Position numbers and translations under genes: made by a program. Of a stretch of 64,000 nucleotides of DNA, positions 27,724-42,142 are shown in pieces. Below the pieces are notes generated by a model, which saw nothing but the letters and a program-made list of their open reading frames with translations, was not told the origin of the DNA and did not search any database. This stretch comes from the human T2T-CHM13v2.0 reference genome, Homo sapiens. The DNA lies in assembly GCF_009914755.1 (NCBI RefSeq), contig NC_060947.1; one strand, given 5' to 3'. Position 1 is the first letter of the stretch, and each line of letters opens with the position of its first letter.

Positions 27724-28407
27724 TAGTCAGCCCTCCATATACATGGGTTCTGGATCTATGGATTCAACCAACTGTGGATTGAAAATGTTTGGGGGAAAAA
27801 ACATTGTTGAAAGTTCCAAAAAGCAAAACTTGAATTTGCCACATGCTGAGTACTGTGTTGAATCCACACGAATGAAGCTATGTGTAAGCATTGTATTAGG
27901 TGTTACCTAATACAATGTACAGTTAGGCACCAGATAATGACGTTTCAGTCAGTGATAGACCACATATACAATGGTGGTTCTATAAAATTATAATACCATA
28001 TTTTTACTGTACCCTTTCTATGTTTAAATACACAAATACCATTGTGTTATAATTGCCTACAGTATTCAGTACAGTAACATGCTTGTATGGGTTTATAGCC
28101 TAGGAGCAATAGGCTATACCATATATAACCTAGATATGTTGTAGGCTGTATCATCCAGATTTGTTGTAAACACACCCTATGATGTTCACACAATGATGAA
28201 ATCACTTAATGATGCATTTCTCAGAACATATGCAACACGTGACTGTAATCTGGAGATAATTTATACAGGAAGATGTGCATCGGTTGTATACAAATTCCAC
28301 ATCATTTTATATAAGGTATTTGAGCATCCCTGGATTTTGGTGTTGGGAGGGTGGATCCTGAAACCATCCCTGCACCCCCACCCCCCATGGATACCGGGGA
28401 ATAACTG
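27724..28407. mobile_element. MER2-like Tigger element with a nested Tigger3/MER7-like element (27920-28245)
   Basis: Outer: agtcagccctccatatacatgggttc...catggataccggggaataactg. Inner, TA-flanked: cagttaggcaccagataatgacgtttcagtc...gcatttctcagaacatatg...gactg. Confidence 0.8.
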
Positions 28408-28735
28408 TATTGCATTTAGTTAATGTATCTCTTTAGTTTCCTTCTGAAACAGTTCCTCATACTGTCTTTGACCTTCATGACCTTGACTCTTAAAGATTAC
28501 AGGCCAGTTAATTATAGAATGTCCTTCAGTTTAGATTTGTTTTATCATGATTGTATTCAGGTTATGCGTCTTTGGCAGAAATACCACAGAAGCGATGTTC
28601 TGTTCTTCTCAATGCTTCCAGTCAGATAGTATGTAATTTCAATTTTTCCCATTACTGACGATGATCACTGTGATCACTTGAGTTTTTTCCTTGCTTCCCC
28701 ACTGTAAAATTACCCTTCCCTTTGAAAGTATTTTG

Positions 28736-29017
28736 GGCCAGGCACAGTGACTCATGCCTATCATCCCATCACTTTGGGAGGCCGAGGTGGGCAGATCGCT
28801 TGAGGCCGGGAGTTCGAGACCAGCCTGGCCAACATGGCATAACCCCGTCTCTACTAAAAATACAAAAATTAGCCGGGCGTGTTAGTGTGCACCTGTAATC
28901 CCAGCTACTTGGGAGGCTGAGGCTTGGACCTGGGAGGCGGAGGTTGCGTTGAGCCGAGATCATGCCACTGCACTCCAGCCTGGGCGACAGCGAGATTCTG
29001 TCTGAAGAAAAAAAAAA
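28736..29017 (+). mobile_element. Alu (AluS-like)
   Basis: Alu consensus; TSD aaagtattttg. Confidence 0.92.
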
Positions 29018-29260
29018 GTATTTTGTGCAGAGGTACTTTGAAAATATTTATACTGTTCCTCATCAGACATTTTATTCATTCGTTTATATCTGTATGAAAT
29101 CATGATCAAGGAGTTATAATCTGTTACTATCATTTATCTTGATGCTGAAATGATCTCGTTTGGCCAGTGGGAGTCCTTTCAGACTGTTCTGTGTTACTTT
29201 AATATGTTCCCATTATTCTTTCAGCACTTGTGTGCTCTTTGGCTCAAGATGTTTAAGATT

Positions 29261-29558
29261 AGGTCAAGTGTAGTGGCTCACGCCTATAATCCTAACACTT
29301 TGTGAGGGTGAGGCAGGAGGATCACTGGAGCTCAGGATTCATGACCAGCCTGGGCAACATAGCCAGACTTCATTTCTATTAAAAATTTCAAAAATTAGCC
29401 AGGTGTGGTGATGCGCACCTGTAGTCCCAGCTACTTGGGAGGCTGAGGTGGGAGGATCACTTGAGCCTGGGAGATGGAGACTGCATTGAGCTATATGATC
29501 AAGCCACTGTACTCCAGCCTGGGCAACAGAACAAGACGCTGTCTCAAAAAAAAAAAAA
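29261..29558 (+). mobile_element. Alu (AluJ-like)
   Basis: Diverged Alu consensus with A tail. Confidence 0.9.
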
Positions 29559-29917
29559 TTTAAAAAAGTTCCAGATTAACATCCTGTACCCTCTCTGCCC
29601 CAGTCCTGAAATTGGCTGTTTCTCCAAGGAGGCCTGTTTGATTTATTTTCCTGGAGAATGGTGTTTAGAAACCAAGATCTGGACATTTATTGCACTCATT
29701 GCTATCGATGTATTGTTGCTCCCTGGCTCTCTAAGCAGTTAGAGCTAAGGAATGTGTGTATGTGTATCCACATTTAAGTCTATTACTATATATATACACA
29801 CACACACATGAATATATATATGTGTGTATGTTTTTACAAAACCATGGGGTCACACGACTTCCTCCCATCCCAGCCTATCACAGTTTCATTCTAGTTTTCT
29901 CCCTTTCTATATTTGTA

Positions 29918-30078
<161 letters not shown>

Positions 30079-32105
30079 AAACTCTCTTTTCTGACAATGA
30101 AAAACCTGGCTTCTGTTATCCTCTCACTTATTTTCCTATTTAATCAGTTATCTCCAGACCCCCCACCCTTTCTTTGAACGCAGAAGGACTCTTGTCTCTG
30201 AATGTTGGGTCTCTACCCCAGGGACACTCCTCGCTCTGCTTGAGTTGAATCTTTATGCTGAGCTCTACCCACTTATTGGGCTCCCTCCTCCTCCTTCATG
30301 GTCTGTAATTCCCAACATAGGACTACCTTTAAAACTTGCACATAGTTTAATTAGAGCACTCATAAAATGATAATTAGTATCCTCAGAGATAATTTGGACA
30401 GTCCAGGCAGGTACTTCAGTGTGGCTGAAGGCTTCCTCAGGAGATAGTAAAAAGACACAAAACCAGTACAGAGGAAATGCTGACTTGACATTGCTGAGAT
30501 ACAGTGCAAAAGAGTGGAGCTCTGAGATAGATGGGCTACCATTAAGATAGGCACAGGGGGAAGTAGAACCTGCCAAGGTCCATGAAAGTCTAGTTTAGGA
30601 TTGTATCTCACAAGATGAGCCCTTGATGCAAGTATTCACTTTAAATTTTCCTTTAAAAAGAAACAGGCTTCTGCTTACACATCTACCCAGCTGAGGGGGC
30701 TTTTTGCTTTGCTCATTTTAATTTTTTTGTTGAAGATTAACAGTTCTGTTGTTCTGGCTACTGTTGCCTGGAAGAAATCACACATGAACAAACTCACCTT
30801 CTGCATTATACTGACATCATTATATTTGCCAATTGATTGTGAGCTAATTGGGGTTATAGAAACGTGCTATAGCATAACAGACTGTAATTATTTCTCTCTA
30901 GGCTATTACTGATGGATATTATGTTTTCTTCTTTTTCCAGCATCATCTTTTACTGTCCTTGAGTTTTTTAACTAGCTTTTTATATTAAAATAATTTCAAA
31001 CTGTTTACAAAGAATACAGTTGGCTCCCAAATTCAGTAATTAACAGTTTGCCGTAGTGATGGCAAAAGTTTCCTAACATTTGGAGAACAAGTTGTAGACA
31101 ATCATCTTTTTCTTCCTAAATAGCTTAGTATATGTCTTCTAAAAACAAGAATGTTCTCACTTACATTAACATAGTATTATTCAAAATAAAAAAAATTTAG
31201 CATATACAGTAATATCATCTAATCTGCAGACCATTTTCATATTTTGACACTTTCCTCAGTATTGGACTTTATAACAATGTTTTCTGGTTGAGGATCTAAA
31301 TCCAGGTTCATACATTGCATAATTATTCGGTATCTCTTTCAGTTGTCTTTAATCTGGAATAGTTCCTCAGTCTTTGTCTTTTGTGACTTTGTTTTTGAAT
31401 GGCACATGTCAGTTGCGCTGAATATCTCTCATTGGGTCTTATCTGTTCTGATGATTATATGGAGGTTGTACATTTGACAGAGTACTACTTGTATGTTGAT
31501 GTGTCTAAGAGCATCACATTGAGAGACACATGTCACTGTGTCTTTGGTGACATTAACCCAGATCACTTAGTTGATAGCTGCCAGGTTTCTCCTCTAAAGG
31601 AGAGAGATGCTTTGTGTAGAGAGATGCTTTGAGACTTCGTAACTATCTTTTTCCTCATCAAACATTTGTTTTATCATCTATTGTGATTGTTGCCTAAATG
31701 TTTTTACTATGATGGTTGCAAAATGGTAATTTTGTTTTAATTTTGTCATCCTTTCTACATTTATTAGTTGACATTCTATAAGGTAGTGCTTTGTTTTCTC
31801 GCCTTTATATTTGTCATATATGATCACTCTTATGGGTTTATTTTATTCATTGGGTTATAACCATTGTAATGGTTATTTATTTTGATGCTCAATTGTCCTA
31901 GATATGGTCAGTGGAAGCCCCTATAGGTTAGACCCAGACATACAACCTCAATTTTTTTAAGGTACTTTATTGTACTTTATTATTTTCTGGTATGAGAAGA
32001 TGTTTCAAGCTTATCTATAGTATTTCCTCTGCCCCAGCTCTGGAATCTGCCATTCCAGAGTTTTTAGAAGGAAGGGTATTTAGAAATCAAAATCCGAGGT
32101 TTAAA

Positions 32106-32107
<2 letters not shown>

Positions 32108-32136
<29 letters not shown>

Positions 32137-32423
32137 GAGACGGAGATTTTGCTCTGTTGCCCATGCTGGAGTAGTGCAGTGGCGTGATTTCGGCTCACTG
32201 CACCCTCTGCCTCCTGGGTTCAGGTGATTCTCCTGCCTCAGCCTCCCGAATAGCTGTGATTACAGGCACCTGCCATCATGCCCGGCTAATTATTATATTT
32301 TTAGTAGAGACGAGGTTTCACCATGTTGGCCAGGCTGGTCTCGAACGCTTGACCTCAGGTGATCCACCCACCTCGGCCTACCAAAGTGCTAGGATTACAG
32401 GTGTGAACCACAGTGCCCCTGCC
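32108..32423 (-). mobile_element. Alu (AluS-like)
   Basis: Long poly-T then antisense Alu. Confidence 0.92.
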
Positions 32424-32429
32424 AAGTCA

Positions 32430-33625
32430 TCCTTATTTCATTCTAATTGTGGTAAGGTGATACCTCATTGTGGTTTGGATTTGCATTTCCTTAATGATTA
32501 GTTATGTTGAGTGTGCTTTCATGTACATGTTGGCCATTTGGATGTCTTCTTTTGAGAAATATCTATTCAAGTCTTTTGCCCATTTTAAAAATCGGATTTT
32601 TTGCTGTTGAGTTCCTTATATATTCTGGATATTAACCCCTTGTCAGATGCATAGTTTGCAAATATTTTCTCCAATTCTGTAGATTTGTCTTTTTGTGGTC
32701 TTATTTCCTTTGTTGGGTAGAAGCTTTTTAGTTTAATGTAATTTCGTTTGTCTGTTTTTGTGTTTGTTGCCTGTGCTTTTGAAGTCTTAGCCAAAAAGTC
32801 CTTGCCCACACTAATGACATGAAACATTTCCCTTGTGTTTTCTTCTAGTAGTTTTATAGTTTCTGGTCTTACATTTAAGTTTTTAACCCATCTTGAGTTT
32901 ATTTTTACATATGATGAATAATAGGGGTTTAGTTTCATTTTTCTGCATATGTATATTCTGTTTTTGCAACACCATTTTTATTCAAGAGATTGCCTTTTCC
33001 CCCAATGTGTGTTCTTGGCACCTTTGTTGAAAATCAGTTGTTTCTGATTATGTGGATTTATTTCTGGGTTCTCTATTCTGTTCAATTGATCTGTGTCTAT
33101 TTTTGTGTCAATACCATGCTGTTTTGGTTACTATTGCTCTATAGTAAATTTTGAAGTCAAGTAGCTGATGCCTTCAGCTTTGTTCTTCTTACTCAAGATT
33201 GATTCGGCTATTTGGAGTCTTTTGTAGTTCCATATGAATTTTAGGAGTGTTTTTTGTATTTTTTTGTTTTACCTTGCAGATTCACCTCAAAGGATGTTTT
33301 TTCTATTTCTGTGAAGAATATAATTGGTATTTTAATAGAGATTGCATCAATCTGTAGATTGCTTTGGGTAATATGGACATTTTAACAATATTTGTTCTTC
33401 CAACCCATGAACATAGAATATTTTTCCATTTATTTGTGTCCTGTGTTCGTTCTTTCATCAGTTTTTTTTGTAGTGATCTTTCTCCTCCTTGCTTAAATTT
33501 ATTCCTAGGCATCTTATATTTTTGTAGCTATTGTGAGATAACTTTCTTGATTTCTCTTTCAGATAGTTTGCTATTGGCAAATGGAAACACTACTTAGTTT
33601 TGTATATTGATTTTTGTATCCTGCA
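32430..33625 (-). mobile_element. L1 ORF2 3' fragment (L1MA/L1PB-like)
   Basis: ORFs 32585-32938 ([23 protein letters not shown]...[20 protein letters not shown]) and 33303-33512 ([27 protein letters not shown]) are L1 ORF2 peptides. Confidence 0.92.
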
Positions 33626-34405
33626 GTTAACTAACACAGGTTCACGCTTGTACCAGTCCAGCTTCCTAGTCATCTTCCATTCCGTATTTGTATCTCTACA
33701 GCAATGAGAAATCTGAAACCTGAGGGAGTTGGAAAGGCTTCTTAATCAGTCTTCAGCCTCTGTCTTTAGGCCTTCGAATCATTTGTGCCTTCCCAAGTGT
33801 TTGTTGTTTTCATACCCTTGGCTTTTCTCAGATTTAGTGGGGCATTAATTTATAGGCACCCTCTTCTCCTTGCCTTCACAACAACTAAACCAACTTCACA
33901 ACTTCAGCTAAACCAACTATCTATCCCCATCTTCACTACACCGTCAGTAATTTGTTGACAGCTGTTTAATGTGTTGCTTCCCCTTCTGTTTTTATGTTCT
34001 TTTGAGTTTATGTATTTTTATATTCATTCATTCTCATTTTAGTGGGGTTTGGGGATGAAGTACTGATAAATATAGTGCAGTACACCATATTTAGTTGACA
34101 TAATTTTTAAAGCTGTCTTCTGCTTTTATTACCTCCATTTTCTAAATTAAACACCTTGTTGGGCTTCTCATCTTGCTTTGCAATTATTATGGGACAGAAG
34201 CATTTCACATTAGATTCTTAGCTAAGGCTTCTCTCAAAAGATATATTTCATTCTTGTCTGTTACATCGTTTAGAATTTACATAGTTTCATTTGTTAGTAT
34301 TTCAGTAATAGTCCTTGCAGTGCTTTACTGCAGATTCAACCTTCACAACATACTGTAAAAACACAAACCCACCACTGAATCCTTGATCTTGTGATTGGCG
34401 CTTAA

Positions 34406-34424
34406 TGCCACCAGATGGCGAGCA
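34406..34424 (+). promoter_or_regulatory. Candidate CTCF binding site
   Basis: tgCCACCAGATGGCGagca matches the CTCF core CCACYAGRKGGCRS. Confidence 0.6.
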
Positions 34425-35290
34425 TGAGCTCTTGTCAGACAGTTAAGGCAAGAAACTTGAAGTGGGTGCTTTCTTCATGTTTTATATAATGAAACTAGAA
34501 TACCTAAATTTGAAACAGCCAGCTTTTGAAAAAGCTGGTAATGGTTGTATTGCAGCAGAAAATCATAGGCTTTGGACTCAAATGGACTTGAGTTCCAATC
34601 CTGCTTCTAATTGCTACTCTATGGCGTTAAACATAAGTTTCATAGTTTATTAGAGCTTCCTTATCCTTAGAACTGGGATAATGATAACTTTTTTGTGTAA
34701 TTGCAGGGATTAAATGAAACAATGTATGGAAAACCCCTAGCCTAGGGACTGGCACTTAGTATTCATTAAACATTAAACCACTCTCTGTCACTTCCTTTTC
34801 TTAGAGCTCCTGCTTCCTTTCTTATTTAAGAGTTTGTGTCTAAAACGTGGTAATACAATCTTTTGTAAAAGTCTGTTGTAAGCTCTTAGCACTGATAAAC
34901 TCAACTTAAACCACACATCATCTCTATAAGGTATAGTTAATGACTAGGAAAAAAGCTAATGATTCTCTCTTTCCCCTCCATTTAAAATACATCCAAGAGT
35001 GCACAAATGCTAAATGATCACCCAAATGTTACACTTCTTTTCATTCTGAATCTTTGCCTGAAGCCAAGTGCCCATGTTATGATTTGCTGTTAAACTTAAA
35101 ACTTCTGCAGTCCTCTCTATATGTAATACCATCTTTTGTAAAAGTCTGTTGTAAGCTCTTAGCACTGATAAACCACACAACATACCTATAAGGAAATTAT
35201 TAATTTTATCTGTATTTTAAAGACGGAGAAACTGAAGCACAGAGAGATTGTTAATTCACCTGGGACACATAGCTTAAATGCTATTTCTCA

Positions 35291-35882
<592 letters not shown>

Positions 35883-36122
35883 CTTAGGTATCTTTTCAAA
35901 AGGCTAGAAAGAAACCAAAATCGTCATAAACTCTGGATGACAAGATTATGACTGGCTTAAATTTTTCTGGCTTCCATTTTTTATAAAATGTAACATGATA
36001 TAATCGGGGATGAATATGAGAGCTGGAATGGCCACTGAGTGTTAACTTTGATTCAGATCTCTCAAATGAGTAAACTATAATTCAAGACCATTAAATGATT
36101 TGCTTAGAATTCACTACTTCTG

Positions 36123-36410
36123 ACCGGGTCACGCTGGTAATCCCAGCACTTCAGGAAGCCAAGGTGGGAGGATTGCTTGAGCCCCTGGAGTTTGAGATCA
36201 GCCTGGGCAACATGGCATAACTCTGTCTCTACAAAAAAATATGCAAAAATTAGCTGGGCATGGTGGCACATGCCTGTGGTTCCCAACTACTCAGAAGGCT
36301 GAGATGGGAGGATCACCTCAGCCCAGGGAGGTTGAGGCTGCAGTCCTCACGCCACTGCACTTCAGCCTGGGTGACAGAGTGAGACCCTGTCTCAAAGAAG
36401 AAAAAAAAAA
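36123..36410 (+). mobile_element. Alu (AluJ-like)
   Basis: Alu consensus with A tail. Confidence 0.9.
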
Positions 36411-36962
36411 TATCCACCACTTCCTTTTCTTGAGCTCTTCTTTTTTTTTTTTTCCTCCTACTCCCCTTTGCCTCCATCCTTCACTCAGAATATTTTTAAG
36501 CCAAGCAAGATACTATGAGATACAGTGGTTAAGCATATGAATTGGGTTGCTTTTAGGGAGTAATTTGACAATGTATGTCAAGTCTTTGGGCATTATGTTC
36601 AACTTCTTTATGCTTGCAGGGTTTTGCATGGTGAAAATTATAAAAATTCAGCTGCTAGGATCTTTGATGTTTAAAAAGGTGAGGGGAGGTAAAAACCTAA
36701 ATGCCCAATAATAGGAATTAAACTGGTAAAATAATATTGTCATTTTAATAATCAGATAAAATGATATAGATGAATATTCAATGACACGAGAAGATATTTA
36801 TAAATATTTTATTATAAAAACTATTTTAATTGGTTACATTATATGTCGCTATGCCTTCAGAGTAGAGAGAAGTGACAGTTTCAACACAAACTGAAAAATT
36901 TGTAAGATAATGGCTGCTATTTCTAGGCCTGTAAAAATTCATTTACCCAAAGAAAATCATAG

Positions 36963-37262
<300 letters not shown>

Positions 37263-38021
37263 CTATTTTTCTTTTCTTTAAAAGAAGCTTTTACTTAAAA
37301 AAAAAAAAAAAAATTATCAAGGTATTTTTTTAATCATAGGGCAGTTACCTTAGATCATCAAAATACTTTCCAAGGTTGATTGACTATTAATAAAGTTGGA
37401 ATATTTGGTAGCTAATGCTTAATTGTATTTTGGGATTATCTTATTTTTCCCCCACTGTGTCTTTTCACCGTAATTTAAAATTATGTTTTAATATTATGAC
37501 AAAAGGACAAAAGCTCTGCTTGCTTTGAGGTGAATGTACATAGGCACTTACCCTTTTTCGATGTTTGCTTTTTAGGGTTCATTTTCTTGGATATCACTAC
37601 ATTCCTTTCAGTGAAGCAAGCCAGTTAATATATAGTGTCAGGGGGCAAACAATAAAGAGGTTAGAGGGAAGAGTTTATAATTTTTTTCTTGTTATTTTCA
37701 GTCAGAACTACTTCCTTTTGAAATGTATTTTTTTCCATCTCCAGTGGCTGAGAGGAGAGTATCTTGATTTGAGGTCCCTGAGTAGCAGATGCTTTGTATT
37801 GAGAGTAACTGATTAAAGAGCCCTGTTTTTTGTTTTTGTTTTTGTTTATTTTTTTTTTCTTTTTTAATCATTCCAGGTCTTGTCATGTCTTAGGAAGTTT
37901 GAGCCTATAGCCCAACTGAGTGGATTGTTATTCCATATTAGTATGGTCTTCAAGATATCAAAAGTTAAATATGTATGAACACATGAATTACATTTTCACA
38001 CTGTCTCTTTTTTTCCTCCAG

Positions 38022-38152
38022 ATAGCACAACGATAGAAAAATTAAGAGCTATTTGTTTAGACCATGCCAAACTTGGAGAAAGCAGCCTTAGTCCATCTCT
38101 TGACTCACTTTTCTTTGGTCCTTCAGCCTCACAAGTGCTATATCTAACAGAG
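38022..38152 (+). CDS. USP9X: USP9X exon ~22 (131 nt): (D)[43 protein letters not shown]
   Basis: cctccag|ATA acceptor, GAG|gttagt donor. Confidence 0.95.
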
Positions 38153-38420
38153 GTTAGTTTTTGGGGTTTTTTGTTGTTGTTGTTTTCTTTGTTTTTCCTT
38201 TTAAATTTATTCTGTGTTCTTTAAATTTGACCTTTCATATGGTAAGGTGAATGATTTGGGTAAAATTGTAATGAAGTAGTTTTGAAATGAAATATTAATT
38301 TGAAATAAATAATAGTGAGATGGTCAAGAGTTTCTTGGCACTGACAATAGTACAAATAGAAGTTATTTTTTTTTTAAATCTTTTAATACAGCCCTCTCCC
38401 CCTCTTCTCTATTTTTCCAG

Positions 38421-38699
38421 GTAGTCTATGCCTTGTTAATGCCTGCTGGTGCACCTCTGGCTGATGATTCCTCTGATTTTCAGTTTCACTTCTTGAAAAG
38501 TGGTGGCCTACCCCTTGTACTGAGTATGCTAACCAGAAATAACTTCCTACCGAATGCAGATATGGAAACTCGAAGGGGTGCCTACCTCAATGCTCTTAAA
38601 ATAGCCAAGCTTTTGCTAACTGCCATTGGCTATGGTCATGTTCGAGCTGTGGCAGAAGCTTGTCAGCCAGGTGTAGAAGGTGTGAATCCCATGACACAG
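38421..38699 (+). CDS. USP9X: USP9X exon ~23 (279 nt): [31 protein letters not shown]...[10 protein letters not shown]
   Basis: ttccag|GTA acceptor, CAG|gtaata donor. Confidence 0.96.
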
Positions 38700-40540
38700 G
38701 TAATACAGACTTTTCAAAAATCCTTTTATAATAGTAGATAGCAATTTTTAAAGTAAAACTAATTAGTATTTTAAGTGTAGAGTTCAAGGTTGACTCAATG
38801 TTCAAAGTGCCTTATTTCAGAGGTTTTCTTTATGATGTTTGTATTAAAAGTGCAAATACTTTTCGCTGACAGCTGATAATCTGAGGGTAGTTTCTCCCTG
38901 CCCACTTAAATCTTGCTTGACTTTCATTTATTTTAAACCTAACAAAAACTCCATATGAATCTCTTATTAACTTGTGCCTGGTAGATATATAAAGACACAG
39001 ATTGTAATAAGAGATATAATTGGTTTATCTTGTTGCTTGTTTCCCTTCCCACCTTGGGCTTAAACCCAAGTTCTGAGCTTATTCTGACTCGGTTTCTGCC
39101 TTGGTGGCATTCTTGATCCATGTCACAAAAAATTCTCAAGACATGCCAGAATTTGATACTTATTTATGAGAGATCAAACTATGCATTTAATTCTAAGTAA
39201 AGTTTTATAAACATCATAAATGATTGTTTTACTAAGTTACTGATAGAAGGTAAAACTTCAGGGATAAAGATTTTCTTCTTTAGAAATGGCTTAGTTTTCA
39301 ATTGTGGAGATCAGAATGTTGATATTTATGGTAATATCACATATAATTGTTTTAGCTATGATAATACTGTGGTTATGTTTAAAAGGAAGAGCCCCCTATA
39401 TTTTTGAAGTGATTGCTAAGATACTTCCAGGTGAAATTACATGATATCTAGGATTTGCTTAAAAACAATCCTGGGGTGGAGAAGTGATGGAAAGCAAGGG
39501 AGGATAGTCAGATTAAACAATTTGGTTCACTGGCGATAATTCCTGAAGCTAAGTAATATGTACATGGGAGTTAATTATACTACTTTCGACACTTTGATGT
39601 GTGTTACGAATTTTCTGTAAAAAATGGCTTAAATTTTATATTGTTTTGTATCACAGGTCCCATCTTTGTTAGGATTTTTTTTTTTTTAAAGTAGTTCTTA
39701 TTAGGTAAGTAAAAAGACAGCTTCTTGTTAGGATAAAAACAGATTTTTGTCATGATCCCTGACACAGATACTTAATGAAGTACACAGAAAACAATTACAT
39801 GTTTCCACTTTCACCTTTCTTCAGTATTTATTCAGAGAATGTGCCACTATGGATACAGAGGTACATAATAACCTCTAATCTCAACGAGCTCACAGTAGGG
39901 AGCCCAATGCAAACTTAGTAATATAGAAATATCTTAAAATAATATTGTTGAAATATTTACAGTATATATATATAGGAGGGGAGTTACAACTTGAAGGCAG
40001 TCAGAATTACCTCGCTAACAACTACGTAATGAAATTAATCTGTCACTGATTTAACAACTTGATTATAGCATTAAGTAAAAACTAGGGTACCTTTCATACA
40101 TTAGTCCTCTTACTGCTTTTTCAGTATTCCTTAATTTTTCTTTTTTTTTTCCAAAGAAAAATGTGGTAACAATGGGGAATACAAGCAGGGTCTGCCCAAG
40201 GCATGTACATAAAAGATGTACAATACTTTACTGAGTCTCTAGAAGGGAACCAGTCTATTTAGTGTATCATTATCCCCTGCAAGTTAAGCTGAGGCCAGAT
40301 TTAGAGACACGAGTTGATTGCTCTAGAATGGGGATTTGCAGACACGTGGCACTACAGTGCACAAGGAAGAGAGGAAGCCCACTTTGTTGGCAGTGCTTTT
40401 TGTGTAAGTTGCCACAGGTTCTATAATGTGTATATGCAAGGAAGTCGTTCTGCAGGAGTGGGTGATGAATGAAGAGCAATTGGTTAGGTCTGGTTATGTA
40501 CAAATTATTTACTCCAAATAAAATGGTTAACTTTTTTCAG

Positions 40541-40666
40541 ATCAACCAAGTTACCCATGATCAAGCAGTGGTGCTACAAAGTGCCCTTCAGAGCATTCCT
40601 AATCCATCATCCGAGTGCATGCTTAGAAATGTGTCAGTTCGTCTTGCTCAGCAGATATCTGATGAG
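40541..40666 (+). CDS. USP9X: USP9X exon ~24 (126 nt): [42 protein letters not shown]
   Basis: ttttcag|ATC acceptor, GAG|gttagt donor. Confidence 0.95.
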
Positions 40667-40786
40667 GTTAGTTTTATCAAGACTTCTGTCACAATTTTAA
40701 CTTTCCTAGGCCCACTTATTTTAATCACTGTCTCATTCTATAGATAATGTCCCCTTAATATCAGTTTTGTCTACTATTAATATTAG

Positions 40787-41173
<387 letters not shown>

Positions 41174-41697
41174 TGACATATATGTGTGAAACCACTGCTG
41201 CGGTCGAAACCGAATGTTTTCATCACTCTTTATGCACTTTTGCAGTTTATTCTTTCCCCAGGTAACTACTGCTCTTTTTGTCCCTAGAGAGTATTTTTTG
41301 TCTTCTGGAGTTTTATATAGGTGGATTATAGTGTGTGTTCTTTTGTGTCTGGCTTCTTTCACTAAGAATAATGACTGAGAATTACCTGTGTTGTGTGGAT
41401 TAGTAGTTCATTCCTTTTTATTGCTAACTAGTACCCATTATGAATATTCCACATTTTGTTTATCCATATACTTGGTGAAGGACAGTTGGATCATTTTCCC
41501 TTTTTGGCTGTGAATAAAGCTGATGTAAACATTGTGTACAAGTGTTTGTGTAGACATAAATTTTCATTTTTCTTGGATAAGAAACTACGAGTGGAAAGGT
41601 TGTCATCTTTGTAGTAGTAAAATGTAATAGTAAAGAGCTAGAGAACTTGGGGAGCGTACTTTGTTGTATTGCTGTTTAAAGGCAGGAGGTGGGGAAT

Positions 41698-41850
41698 AAG
41701 CCAGGTGCAGTGGCAGATGCCTGGACTTCCACCTACTTGGGAGCATGAGGTAGGAGGATCTCTTGAGCCCAGGAGTTCAAGGCTGTAGTGAGCTATGATC
41801 ACACCACTGTACTCTAGACTGGGTGACAGAGCCAGAGGGCCCTCCGCCCC
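41698..41850 (+). mobile_element. Alu monomer (FRAM/FLAM-like)
   Basis: gccaggtgcagtggc...gcccaggagttcaaggctgtagtgagc. Confidence 0.8.
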
Positions 41851-42016
41851 CACCTTTTTTTTTTTTTTTTTTTAAGACAAAGGCAACTTGGGAATTTAAA
41901 AACAATGGTACTACACAGTAATTCCTATTTCCTTTACAAAGTGAAACATTTTTGTTTTTCTAAACATAATTTCACTCTCATTCTATCAACAGTTCTATTT
42001 ACTCGTTATCTTGCAG

Positions 42017-42142
42017 GCTTCAAGATATATGCCTGATATTTGTGTAATTAGAGCTATACAAAAAATTATCTGGGCATCAGGATGTGGGTCGTTACAGCTA
42101 GTATTTAGCCCAAATGAAGAAATCACTAAAATTTATGAGAAG
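42017..42142 (+). CDS. USP9X: USP9X exon ~25 (126 nt): [42 protein letters not shown]
   Basis: ttgcag|GCT acceptor, AAG|gtaaga donor. Confidence 0.95.

Noticed and set aside
30265-30912. Overlapping ORFs in a non-obvious intronic block (103, 83 and 67 aa)
   Set aside because: No recognisable domain or credible exon boundaries; lies among old L1M fragments.
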